From NCBI RefSeq assembly GCF_009914755.1, contig NC_060934.1: DNA of 64,000 bases. The stretch is one strand, 5' to 3'. Each line of letters begins with the position of its first letter. The first letter of the stretch is position 1. The translations under genes were made by a program, and so were the position numbers. The notes under the pieces are model-generated. The model made no database searches and was not told where the DNA came from. It worked only from the letters and a program-made list of their open reading frames with translations. This document shows, in pieces, positions 24,345 through 36,689 of the stretch. This DNA is from the human T2T-CHM13v2.0 reference genome, Homo sapiens.

Positions 24345-24589
24345 CTCTAGAGTCAAATGAAAGTTTGTTTATTCATTTGATTGCTTATTTCCCATTAACT
24401 TGATTAGGTCAATGCCAACTCAAATAAGTCTGTCCATAAAATTCCCTTTTCTCCCCTCAGAATTATAGGTTGGCCAGACTGATTAAAAAAAAAACCAACA
24501 AATATTTATTTTTCTTTTGTACCACCTTGATAAGGAGTCATAAAATTGTCACCCTATAACCACAAACAGCATTTAAGCATTTCAATATG

Positions 24590-24795
24590 TCCATGCAGCA
24601 GTTAAGCTAGATAGACTTGGATTCATAGTTACTATGTCCTTTCCAGCTGTATGACCTTGGGCAAGCCATTTACTAGCTCTAAACCTCAATCTTTATGAAA
24701 TAGGACTAATAATTTAAACTCCAATGGATTGTTGCGAAGATTATAAAGTCTTTATGTAATGCACCTAGCATAGCTGGAGCATAATATTATCTACT
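24590..24795 (+). mobile_element. MIR SINE
   Basis: agctgtatgaccttgggcaagccattt...ggattgttgcgaagatta...tgtaatgcacctagca. Confidence 0.85.
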
Positions 24796-25689
24796 TGTTT
24801 CAAAAGATTCAATCCAGTAACATTCTAATAACTGTAGAGAACTGTAATAACTCAGATAACTATGGATTACTCAGAGATGAATAACTCAGAGAGTTATAGA
24901 TTACTTAGAGAAAGCCATGGAGTGTTCTGTAAAGATGCAACTCCTCAATATATAATATTACAACATTCCATTAAATATCAATTAGTTAGAATACGGGAAT
25001 TGACTTAATTTTCTGATTAGCAGAAGTTTTAAGAAACTTCTTGCTTCAACCTTGGCTGAAATTCTTTTTAACTCCCCTGCCTTGTGATATAATACGCATA
25101 TCCAGGTAGTCTTTCATTGCTGAATTAGGGTCACTCATTGCCTCAGAGTCATCACTGTAGACCAAATTGTCATTATAATCATAGAAAGTAGTGGAAAGTA
25201 TATTGAATAAGTTGTAATTCTAAAATATAATTTATTTTTAAAATAAATTAGTTTTTTTTGTGTGTGTGTGTGTGGTGCTTTCCTCACCATGGACAATCTA
25301 GAGAACAGAAAAATTCTAGTAAATAAATGATGTAGCTAGTTAGGGCTTAGCAAATTGATAATACAGTGAGATTTCGTAGGGCACTGGAGGACTACAAAAG
25401 ATACAATTCAACTGGGACATATGAGTGTTCAAACAACATGTGGCTCTGCTGATTGGGTGGGAAATGGTGTTTTGGGGACCTCTTCCTCCAAATTCATCAA
25501 CTCAGTATGTTTCATTGTCTGATACCTTCCGATGCACCTCTCCACTCTACACTTCAAATTCCATGGATCCCTCCATAGTTGGCATTATTTGGTCCCATTA
25601 TGTACAATCCAAATGTCAAGGCAAGAAGCCCCAGCTCACTCCACATCTGCACTCCAGAGGTTCCCAAATGAAGAAGGTTTGCGTTAAAA

Positions 25690-25919
25690 GAAGAGTTTCT
25701 CCACACGGGCCCTACTGGCATTTGGAGCCAGACCATTCTTTCTTGCAGGGGCTGTCCTGTGCATCAGAGGAAGTTTAGCCACAGCCCTGGGTTTTACCCT
25801 CAAGATATCAGTAACACTCCCCTTCCCAAGTTAAGATAATAAAAAATGTCTCCAGACATTGCCAAATATCCCATGAGGGGCAAAATTGACCTCACTTCCC
25901 CCAGTTATGAACCACCACC
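25690..25919. mobile_element. MER20 hAT MITE
   Basis: ggggctgtcctgtgcat...aaaaatgtctccagacattgccaaatatccc...ggggcaaaattg...cagttatgaaccac. Confidence 0.9.
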
Positions 25920-26569
25920 CTAAAGACCAGTCCTCAATTAGAATACTGAGGGGACCATTTTCTCCCTGCCAGCCCCTCTGATGTTAATCATGTGGAAATG
26001 ACCAATTCTGGGAATCTGCCCATTTCTCTCCTCCTACTAATTATTTTGATTAGGCCAGCAAAGCAGAGAGATTTCTTCATTCCAACAGAGTCTTATGGAA
26101 CAGACAGTTTATGTCAGATAAAAGCACACTTATGGTATGGATTTCAGAGCCTGTCACTCAGGATGTATGTATATCTTTGACAACAGATTCCTGAAGGATT
26201 TGCATTTTACAAAGTACAGTCTAGGCAAGCCTGACCTTACTGGTTCCTTGAATCCCTTGATTAACTGAAAGTCAACAAAAATGCCTTACCAAAAACCTAG
26301 ATGTGAAGCATCTTCATAAAATTCTTCTTATGCTGATAATTATGAAAAAATTATTTATGAGTGGCACACTGAAAGTGACTCAAGGTCCCTGTTCTGATTA
26401 TGAATTTTCATTGTAATTTAGTGGCATAAGAAGTTGAGCTGGCTATGACTACCTTGAAAATTCTTCCTTCCTGTGTCTGGGTATGTGTGTTTTAAAATGA
26501 AATTCTCAATATGGGCTTTTGAAATGATTTTCATCCTATTCCTTTAAGTATAATACAAAAAAGAATATG

Positions 26570-26830
26570 GCATATTTTATGTTTCAGGTACTGTGTAGCA
26601 TATCAAAGCAGGAAAGAGCCTGCTACCCTCAGGCTTATTCCCTATCCATGTGGGCGGATAACACCAATACCCATGAAAGAAGGAGAGGAACGTACTGCTC
26701 TGGAACAGAACAGTGCATGCTCTGTATGATGCAGAGTACAAGGTATTCAGAGAATGGGACTCTGTGAAGGTTGGGGTCCTCAGGAAAGGCTTCGCAAAGG
26801 ATATCAACCTGAACCAACGTACATGGCCAC
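26570..26830 (-). mobile_element. L2 fragment
   Basis: caggtactgtg...cctgctaccctcaggctt...caggaaaggcttcgcaaagga. Confidence 0.55.
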
Positions 26831-27127
26831 ATGGTGCTGCTTTCCCCTGCAGACAACCCAGACTTGGAGGTTGAGAAGTGGCAGAGCAGTTGGACAGAAT
26901 CCAACTCATTTATGATCATGACCAAGAGGGTATTTATAAACAGCCAAATAAGACAGAATAGTAAGGATGTTAAAATATGCCATGTTCTGGTTAATTATTA
27001 TTTCCTTGTAATAATAAGATCAGAAAGGAATTCAGGGACTAAAATATTGACATAAGTCATAAATAACCTGAAGTTTGAGTTATTTATTTCTATGCTACCA
27101 TTGCTGTAAGGTAATTAAGAAGTGCTA

Positions 27128-27582
27128 CTATTCACAATAGCAAAGAATTGGAACCAACCCAAATGTCAATAATAGACTGGATTAAGAAAATGTGGCACAT
27201 ATACACCATGGAATACTATGCAGCCATAAAAAAGGATGAGTTCATGTCCTTTGTAGGGACATGGATGAAGCTGGAAACCATCATTCTGAGCAAACTATCG
27301 CAAGGACAGAAAACCAAATGCCACATGTTCTCACTCATAGGTGGGAATTGAACAATGAGGACACTTGGACACAGGGCGGGGAATATCACACACCAGGGCC
27401 TGTAGTAGGGTGGGGGAAGGAGACAGGGATAGCATTAGGAGAAATACCTAATGTAAATGACGAGTTAATGGGTGCAGCACACCAACATGACACATGTATA
27501 CATATGTAACAAACCTGCATGTTGTGCACAAGTACCCTAGAATGTAAAATATAATAAAACAAATTAATTAAATTAAATTAAA
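27128..27582 (+). mobile_element. L1PA (about PA5-7) 5'-truncated 3' end with TSD
   Basis: ORF2 C-terminus WIKKMWHIYTMEYYAAIKK...SLIGGN*, 3' UTR and AT tail; 20-bp TSD aaggtaattaagaagtgcta (27108-27) / aaggtaagtgagaagtgcta (27583-602). Confidence 0.95.
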
Positions 27583-27689
27583 AAGGTAAGTGAGAAGTGC
27601 TAAACGAACAAGGAGCCTCTCCTATTCCTTTGGTAGTTCACTTATGTTATCTATTCGGTTTGGTGGCAGGATCTAGATTCTCTCTATAT

Positions 27690-28310
27690 TAATAGAACAC
27701 CAACTGAATAACAACCATCTAATGCACCAGGCATGGGACTGTGGCACCTATTATTATTCCAGGAGCTGGAGACACAGGGGCAAACTGAACAGACGAAGCC
27801 TCTGTTCTCAGGACCTGCCTTTTCTACTGTGGGAAGGCTGACAATTAAGCCAGTAAACAATCAGAAGGTGATTGTGTCCACTGGAGAAAACTAAGCAGTG
27901 TAACGTGACAAAACAGGCGTCTGCGAACTATGGCCTACAGACAAAGCCAGCCCACTGCCTGTTTTTCTATGGCCCATAAGCTAAGAATGGCTTTTATACT
28001 TGAACCCCAACAAGTGGAATGTGTCTTCTCATTCATAGACCTACATTACAAAAAAAATTATGCTTAATTGTCCTATTTTGAGTTTCCTTTTTTTAAAAAT
28101 TGTGCTAATTTGTTTTCTCTGTTGTCATTTAAGTACTTACATGGTATCGTCAATTTTGCCTCTTGGCCTACTGTGCGTCCCTTTACATAGAAATGTTGCC
28201 ATCTGCTGTGTTAGAGACCCACAACACTGGTAGAAAATGACCCAAGTCCAGAACTGCGAAGGAAGACCTTTCTGAGCAGGTGACATCAAGGCTGAGACGT
28301 GAATGCTACA
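27690..28310 (-). mobile_element. L2 fragment split by MER58
   Basis: caggcatggg...gagctggagacacagggg...; resumes ggaagacctttctgagcaggtgacatcaaggctgagac. Confidence 0.65.
27914..28208. mobile_element. MER58 (B/D-like) hAT MITE
   Basis: caggcgtctgcgaactatggcc...gcccactgcctgttttt.tatggcccataagctaagaatgg...ccctttacatagaaatgttgccatctgctg. Confidence 0.8.
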
Positions 28311-28329
28311 GGGCATCCTGGGTTCTCGT

Positions 28330-28420
28330 CCACTTCTGCCAGGGCTACGTAACCTCTGGGTCTCTCTTTCCTTATTTGTAAAATATCTCGGTTGAACTAT
28401 ATCCTCTGCCTTCCCCAAAC
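28330..28420 (+). mobile_element. MIR/MIR3 core fragment
   Basis: aacctctgggtctctctttccttatttgtaaaat...ggttgaacta. Confidence 0.6.
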
Positions 28421-28499
28421 CGCTATAGCTCCGTTTCTCTGTTGACTGAACATGGCACATCCTTCATCATTATTCATCTTTCATCACACATCTATGCCC

Positions 28500-31300
28500 A
28501 TTTCATGAGTATGAAGAAGAAACAGATCAGCAGAAGCGACGTTTCCAATTCTCCACTTTTGCACGCATCATACAGTTTGGCAAGATTCACAGAAGTCCCA
28601 TAAATGAGAGTTCTACAATTAACCTCCAATACCTTGATGAAGTATGTGGAAGTTTGTCAGAGCACAAGGCCAGATGCCTTACAATTTTCCAAACATTACT
28701 AAAAAAACAGCCCACGCTCACTCTGAATTATTGTGGTCTTTCAAAGTATATACAAAGTAATACGCAAGGAGACAAAGCTATTTTACCAGGCAGACAGATA
28801 TTCCAAATTACTGGTTCTTAACAAGCATGGTAATACATCAGTCAAAAGCAATAAATTTAAACTTAATGAAATCTCAATTTGCCTACAGTGCATTTCACTT
28901 TGACATGTTCTATATTGCCACGGTGCTTTGATAAAGTTTTTTAAAATGCAAAGAAAGTGTCTGTAAGGCTAAAGACCAGACTTGGTACCATTGTGGCCAA
29001 GGCAACATTACAGTACTTAAATTTCATCACTCTGTGCCCCGTGGCAGGCAGAGCCCCGGCGCTAACACAGGTTCAGTTTTCATTATCATCATATGATTAC
29101 GCATTTTACTGCATTTAACTGATAATACAACTACCAGCTCACCTTAAAAGAATTAGCTTGGAGGTTTCATTGCTTTCCAAATGGAATTCATTTGACAAAC
29201 AAATGACAATTAGCCTAGTCTCCCTGTTCTGCGTCAGGATGCTTTTTGATTGAACCTAGACCAATTTACAATTTTTAAATGAGTTTAGACATTTACATTT
29301 AAAATGTCTACAGGAAATTAGCCCTGGGACATCCAACAGCCAAAATGCTTTTTGAAGTTGATTATTATTTGATCTAGTACCCTCTACCTGTACATTTTGT
29401 TCTGACTTCAAAGTTCGGGAATGTAAATGCCACCTCACCTCAAAGCACAGGGAGAAACTTAAAAGCGGTTTTGCTCATTATGTTATGCAAAGGAGCCCAT
29501 ATTTTAATATTCGTTTAATATGGTTAGTTAGCTTTAATGACACCAGTGTGACAGTGTCATAGTTTTGGAATCTGAAAGCGCTGATTGAAGTTTCCGGCCG
29601 CTGCCTCTATTTTTCTGCACAGAAAGGAATCTTGCCCTTTGAAAGACAGATCAGCTCCTGGCTGCGTCCATTCTGGCGAGGGCTAAACGTAATAACTTTG
29701 AGATGAAGAGTTCACCTGCCTCAGTGAAGAAAGCACAAATCATGATATCAGGGGCTACAGAGACACTTGACTGTCAGATTCCAATTCTGTGTGTTTTCTA
29801 AGTGCAAGCCCTTTGCCCACCGCTGCTGAGGAAGCTGCTAGTAATTCCATTATAAACATGCAGTGCTGATAACCCAGCCACAGAAACTGGTATTGCCCTG
29901 AAATTAAGCCCACTGATTTCTAGCCGAGAGCATATTTTATTTATTTATTATTGTTTTTATAGCTACATTATTGTCAAAATGAGAAAACAACAGCCTTTTT
30001 CTCATTCCGTGTTGTACAACTGCAAAAATTAAATATGGTGAGGGGAAAGCTTGCAAAATGTTCTATTGCACCCATCACCCTGTTCTGAAGGCCTGGTAAT
30101 CAGTGTTATCCACAATATATTCAAAGGAACGCTCTGGAAGAAAGGGCATGTGACGCAGGGCTGAGGAGTCGGCGAGTCCCTATCTGCATGGAGTTATCAT
30201 GGCTTTCACAGGTCATCCCTGAGAGCTCACCAGAATATTTTGAATTTCTAGTTTTGTCTCACACTATAGGACACACACCACATGTTTTCAAAATAACTTT
30301 GAGTTCAAAAGAGTTCCCTAAGATAACACTGTATAACCCCAGCACAGAATTAATGGTTTTGAAGACTGTTTTCTGTGAAGGTAGCAGAGGCTGACTTCAG
30401 TAATCCTGGCCCTCCGGAGTGCTCACAACAGTATCATGAGGCAAGAATGCCTGGAGAGGGAGACGTCACAGATCTAAGAATGGCAGCGGAGGGCGCCATG
30501 TTTGGTCTCCTTGGGAGAATTGGTCTGAATCCCCTGATCTCACCACCACTTATTGTGAAAATAGTGATAAAATAAAAAAATTAAAAAAAGTCTTTTCATC
30601 CATTTTATTGCTGAAGAGATTAGACGTCCTCTAAACTGTGTGATTTCGCATCAGCATCCTTTCACCCTGCTGCACTCCAACCTCATTTTCCTTAATGAAA
30701 ATGGAATCCAGGTCTCCGCCAAAGTGTCCTTGGAGTCAACTCTGTTTTGATTCTAAATGTAACACACAAGCACCACATTTTCTCACGCACACATTGTCCC
30801 GAGTAGAGACACGCCAATTCTTTCTATCAAGGGCTTCTCATTGTCTATTTTTATTCCAGTAGAAACAGTACCCTTTCTTCCTGTGCTAACACCCTGGCGG
30901 CAACCATCTTGCACAGCATCCTCAGCCGGTGGCTTTGAAGTCTCCAGAGTTGCCTAAGAGCCCGGGCTGCACAGCTGGAAACCTGGAGGTTTTTGCTACC
31001 TCGTCCGCCCTCTGCTGGATGGACCGACGTCTGCTTACGAAGTGGCCCACAAACAGCCGAAAGGTTTCCCCTTAAGATGGATGGGTTTGTCACTAAGCCA
31101 CGGGAAATCATTTTGGGATTTTATAAAATAAATTTTTCTTTTTTTTCAGAGATTTTTAGAAATACACTTTCTTCTCTCCAGATATACAGGTGTACCAGTT
31201 TATTCTGCCTATGTGTTTGGAAAAAAACAGAGAATTTGTCAGTGAAAACCATGAAGGATTCTAACATCTCTCTCTGACAATCAAATGCTATATGTGCCCC
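28500..31300. promoter_or_regulatory. TE-free putative regulatory block with CpG-retaining 3' part and a CTCF/YY1-like site
   Basis: No recognisable repeats over about 2.8 kb; CpG enrichment at 30410-30500 and 30895-31105; motif cluster 30461-30503. Confidence 0.45.
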
Positions 31301-31384
31301 TGCCCTGGCACTAATGACCTGGCAACAAGGAAATAAAATAATGCTAAATCAGAATAATTATTCTAATATTCTCACAACACGAAG

Positions 31385-31562
31385 AAGCAGAATATGATGA
31401 GGGTTAAGACCGTGAAAACAGACTGCCTGGGTATAAACACTTCTCTGACTGTTATTAACTCTGAGACCTTGCACAAGTTAAATAACCTCTCCAAGCTTGA
31501 GCTTCCTCTTCTGTAATATGAAGTTATAATACTATTTGTCTCCTGTGGTTGTTATAGTTAAC
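31385..31562 (+). mobile_element. MIR SINE (host of the AT-rich array)
   Basis: cagactgcctggg...tgagaccttgcacaagttaaataacctctc...ttcctcttctgtaatatg...ggttgtt. Confidence 0.85.
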
Positions 31563-31602
<40 letters not shown>

Positions 31603-32142
31603 TCAGAGTTATATCTGTATACATATATAACTGTATTTATATATAGTTAACATATATAACTGTATATATATGGGTTAACTATATATAAAACTGTATACAT
31701 AGTTAACAAAGATAAGTGTATTTATATATAGTTAACATATATAACTATTTATATATGTTAACATATATAAAACTGTATATATGAATGTTTATATGTTTTA
31801 TATGAATGTTTATATGAACTGTATATATGAATGTTTTATATGTTAACATATATAAAACTATATATGAATAGGTTAACTATATGGTAACTATATATGTGTG
31901 TTATATATACAACACACATATATATTATATTAATATATAAACTATAATATAATTATAGTTATATAACTATAATATTAACTATAATATATATTGACTATAA
32001 TTAATATTATAGTCAATATATATTAATATAATTAATATATATGTGTGTTGTATATATAACACACACATATATAGTTTATATATATATTATATGGATTGTT
32101 ATGATTAGCCCTATATATAGTTATACATATACTCTATATATA
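31563..32142. repeat. AT-rich tandem/palindromic array
   Basis: (TA)n(CA)n seed, repeated atagttaacatatataactg units, nested inverted repeats at 31886-32076. Confidence 0.95.
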
Positions 32143-32334
32143 TTATAATACTATTTGTCTCCCAAGGTTGTTATAGTTAACCCATATAAGACCAATAGTA
32201 TTATAAATTCTGATTCTTGAGAAAAGGGGCTAGCTTTGCAGGAATTATTGATATCTTCCTTGTTGGCCTTCATAAAAGAAGGCTAATAGTTAAAATAGTT
32301 TTTATGTAGTAGACACACATTAACATGGAGACTA

Positions 32335-32515
32335 CTTATTCATCTACTCAACAAATATTTAATGTGCCCCCACCCTACAGATCAGAGGCTGAGTAGAGAA
32401 GATGCAGATATAAATAAGACAGACATGGTCTCTACAATGTGGAGCTTGCAGACTGACGGGGAAAACACAGTAAACAAGCAATTAAAGGTGAAGAATGGTC
32501 TAAAATGACCATATA
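32335..32515 (-). mobile_element. L2 3' end
   Basis: ttattcatctactcaacaaatatttaatg...aataagacagacatggtctct...ggagcttgcagact. Confidence 0.8.
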
Positions 32516-32787
32516 AAATGCAAAACCTCACCTGGAATTCCCACTTCCTAATTTTACAAAAGATTCCTTTGTATGGAGAGATCTCTGTGCTGGAAAATGT
32601 CACAATCTAAAAGAATGACAGAAGAGATATAAAGTCCTCATTATCCAGGGTCCAGAGACTTTGTATTTAGGAAAATCCACAAATAGAAAGGATATAATTG
32701 CCCACAAAAAATAACATAGGAGTTGCAGTGCCAATTCAGTAATACACAGAGCAAAACATCACATCCTTATGCTCAAAGTTTCATCTT

Positions 32788-32819
32788 TATGAAATAGAAA
32801 ATGCATTTTCTATTTCATA
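32788..32819. repeat. Perfect 32-bp palindrome
   Basis: tatgaaatagaaaatg|cattttctatttcata is its own reverse complement. Confidence 0.95.
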
Positions 32820-33317
32820 CAGTGCTCGATAAAACTCCACGCCACAGCGGTGCAGAATATTCTTGAAGGGTTCTCAGAATTAAAGTGGGTTCGTAGGTAC
32901 TAACTCAAACACTCTTAAGGGTTGCTGAAGAGCAACTCGGGATATTGCAGATATGCCAGAAGATATTTTTTCTCTGTTAAAAAGTGGAGCATCTGTAGGT
33001 ATAAGATACAGATATACACAGTGTATACTGTATATAATGAATCTTCTCTCTTATCCAATTTCCCAAATAGCTGAAGTGATATAAGAGGGAAATAACTACA
33101 TCTTGTTCATCAGGCCACGATAAATCATATCTCTATGAAACTTCAAGTTAAATTATTATTGGAATCTACTGTATACTGGATTCCATCTTTCTTTAATGAA
33201 TTTCCATGGAGGAAAACAACCTGAGGTTAATTCACAGGTCACAGAACAAGCCCATGATGATGGCCTGTTCTTCATCACTGTGTGTGAAACTATTTTTAGT
33301 AACCTACCTTCTACTCC

Positions 33318-34042
33318 TTTTTATTGCAAATTGATAACTTATAATTGTATAGATTTATGGGTTACAAAATGATGTTATGATTTATGAATACAATGTGGAA
33401 TTAAATCAAGCTAGTTCACATACCCATCACCTCAAATACTTAACACTTTTTGTGGTGAGAACATTTGAAATATACTCTTTTAGCAATTTTAAAATGTACA
33501 ATACTCTCTTATTAACTATATTCACCACACTGTGCAATAGAACTAAAAAGAACACTATATTCCTCCTGTCTGAGATTTTGTAGCCTCCAACCATTATCTC
33601 CCCTTTCCTCTCACTCCCCAGCCTCTGTAACCACCATTCTACTCTGTGCTTCTATGAATTCAATTGTTTTCAATTTTACCTATAAATGAGAACATGAAGT
33701 ATTTGTCTTCCAGTGCTTGGCTTATTCCAGTTAGCATAAGGCTCTCCAAATGCTGTTGCAAATGTCAGAATTCCCTTCTTTTTTAAGGCTAAATAGTATT
33801 CCATTGTGTATACATACCACATGCTCTTTATTCATTCATCTGCTGTGGACACGGGTTGATTCTATAACTTGGCTATTGTGACTAGTGCTGCAGAGGCCAT
33901 GGGAGTGCAGACACTTCTTTGACAAGCTGACTTCAAATCTTTTGGGAAAATACCCAGAACTGGGATTACTGGATCATATGGTAATTCTATTTTTAGTTTC
34001 TTTTTTAGGAGCCTCCATACAGTTTTTCAAAATTGCTGTACT
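33318..34042 (-). mobile_element. L1MA-type (about MA6-9) 3' end
   Basis: aaatcaagcta...catcacctcaaatactta...gtggtgagaacatttgaaat...aaatagtattccattgtgtatac...ctggatcatatggtaattctattttt. Confidence 0.9.
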
Positions 34043-35699
34043 TAAACTCTTGTTGCTTTTTCTCACTCCCTTAATCTTTTTTCTCAGTAACTAATCATGC
34101 TCAAGTCAAAGTTATAAACATACAGTCAAGTAGAGATGAGACATATGAGAATATTATTGCTCAAATATTTAAATTGTCAGATTAAATGATCCAGATGAAT
34201 ATATTTATTTGTATACAAAAGTTATATATACATGTATATTCACATATGTGTATATATATAGTAAACACACATACAACATATCTGTAGATGCACGTTCATG
34301 AGCACACACACACATACTTATCCCACAGAAAGCAAACTACCCATGTACCAAGTGGACCCACAATGATTGGCTCAAGATTATTATCTTCGTTATAAACGTG
34401 GTAAAATGAGCAAACTCCACTTAAGAAACAAGCTGCTGTTCTTCACATTTATAAGTCACAGTCTGAGGGATCTTAGAGTCTAAGATCTCATAATTAAGGG
34501 GTGCTGATCCCCAAGGTAACTTGACATTTGCAGAAAAATATTGAATCTTTTTTGCAATGTATTAAATTTTGATTACATTGACTAGTCTCTAATGATTCCT
34601 TGTAGTTAGATAGTTTGCTGGTTGGTACCCTTCCCTGGAAACCAGTAGGTTTCTTCATCCACATGCATAAATTACATTTGGTGATGTTGTAGCAGAGATT
34701 AGTAGAGCTTTGGTTTGGTAAAACTAATTCTTAAGCATAGATAAAGAGCCATTCCATTCACTTGGGAAAGATCTGCAATGAAAGTCACCATTCATGGGTC
34801 CAGAGCCATCTCCTCTCAGTGTGGCCACGGGTTCCCATTCTCAAGGCGGAGTGAAAGTGAGACCGAGGAACTCTCACTTGACAAACGCTTTTTCATGTGA
34901 AATAACATGAACTCCTTTTCCCCCTAGACTAAGTTGTGTCAGATCATTGTCTCTTCCGCAGTACAGGAAGAGAAGCTAATCTATAAAACAATGAGACTTC
35001 ACTCTGGATGCCAAAATCTGCAATTACATTGTACGGAGGGGCTTCATGAATAATTCCTGGGGTATGATCTGACATTAATCTGGAAGTTAATACAGAGCTG
35101 GGGCATTGCCAGCATAAAGCTGACTGATTTCTTTATAACAGAGCACTTTCAAGGTGAGGATACAGCCTTTTCTCTAAGTTACACTCTCCATCCAAGCTGA
35201 GCACTAAGCTATCATCTTTACGTCTTCTGTTTCCTCCTCTGAGTTGGATGTCTGGGTATTGGCAACACAGTACCATCTTAGAAAAAAAAGGCACTTCAAT
35301 TAGGCAAGACAGCTCCAAGATTTTAGCTATTTCTCACATATTAGTTAGTTTTAAATGGCCTTGTAAGAAAATACCCTAGTGTGGTATAACTGTACATGTG
35401 ACACTGTTCCTGGCCAAGCCTTTGACCAAGGTCCCAGTTTGCTCTCAGAACTGGTCCCTTACTAAGGCCTAGGGAAAATAATCTCAGAAAATCTCCTTTA
35501 GGAGTTATTGATGGATCAATGTTGGTATCACCTCTTGAAGTAAATCAGAATTATGATGAATCTTTTCTGATGATCTTTTCTTAGTTAACATGTTTCTTGA
35601 TTCAAATGCATGTTTATAGGGTACATATGTTCAGCATTGTAACAGAAATTTTGATAAATTATTAAAAGAAAAAAAAAACCTAACCAATCAACAACAACA

Positions 35700-35935
35700 T
35701 GTTTTCTGCCCCGGGGGATCTTCCTATCCAGCTAAAGAAAAATGAGTAGAACAGATAATAATGTTTAGAGAAAGAAGTGGTGAGTGGAATGGAATGCTGG
35801 GAGAAAGCATTTTGCCGAGGAGGGATGAGTTTGGGTTGAGCTTTGGTGGCTGGTAAGAGTTTGGGTTGATGAAGAGAAGTTTTGTGATTTTTTTAAGATA
35901 ATAATAACCAAGCAAAAGAGTGGGCATGACACTGA
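35700..35935 (-). mobile_element. L2 fragment
   Basis: gggagaaagcattttgccgaggagggatgagtttgggttgagctttg. Confidence 0.5.
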
Positions 35936-35942
35936 TTTTCCT

Positions 35943-36063
35943 GTGTAATATTTAAAATATTTGACAACAGGTATGGCACAGATACTAACCAATCAGAGTG
36001 GCTGCAACCTGCCATTAACAACCAACACACCGTAACAGTGCAGAACGCTGAAATAGCAGCCTG
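35943..36063. mobile_element. Small hAT-Tip100-like DNA transposon remnant
   Basis: aaaatatttgacaacaggtatggcaca...accaatcaga...gctgaaatagcagcctg; family name uncertain. Confidence 0.4.
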
Positions 36064-36454
36064 GCTCGGGACTGTTCAGCATTTTCTTGTTCTGTTTGTT
36101 GGCATGCCTGTTGTCTGTCTCCCTCCCCTAGAATATAAATGTACCTGCAGCACACGAAGAACTGCCCGAGTATGACTGTTTCTCCGTATTTGTTCAGCGG
36201 CTGAATGTTTACAAAACTGTACACAAAAATCTCAGATTGGCCTGACGAGAACAGAAAACTGATATCAGGGGGTTGAAAATGAAAAGTAGAGAGATAGGAT
36301 GGGCAAAACAATGGCCATCTTTAAATGTCGAGATTGTAAATTTGAACAATTTTCTGTGAATAGTGAAGAATCAATGGAGATATACAAAAATACAGGAACA
36401 GCAATCAGATCGTCAGCCTCATACCTAAAATCATTGCTGTGTCCCTAACCCTGA

Positions 36455-36630
36455 TGAACTGTTACTCGGTGCCAGATTTCTGGCATTAGTACTTTGTGTT
36501 TTACATGCATCACCTCATTATGCCCTTGTAACAACTCTATGAAGTGGATCCTATTATTATGTTTTTTACAAATGTGCAACTTAAAGGTCTCCTGTAACCT
36601 GTTCAAGGTCACATAATTACCAACCACCAC
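36455..36630 (-). mobile_element. MIR SINE
   Basis: tttacatgcatcacctcatt...aacaactctatgaagtgg...ttttacaaatgtgcaact...tcaaggtcaca. Confidence 0.85.
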
Positions 36631-36637
36631 ACTATAT

Positions 36638-36638
<1 letters not shown>

Positions 36639-36674
<36 letters not shown>
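36639..36674. repeat. (CA)18 microsatellite
   Basis: Pure CA run. Confidence 0.95.
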
Positions 36675-36676
<2 letters not shown>

Positions 36677-36689
36677 TTGAAATGGTTTT

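Noticed and set aside
30400-31110. CpG-island promoter
   Set aside because: CpG density and GC content look too low for a canonical island; kept only as a putative distal element
31563-32142. Repeat-spacer appearance suggesting a CRISPR-like array
   Set aside because: Eukaryotic simple-sequence array; spacers are TA repeats, not unique sequence, and there are no cas genes
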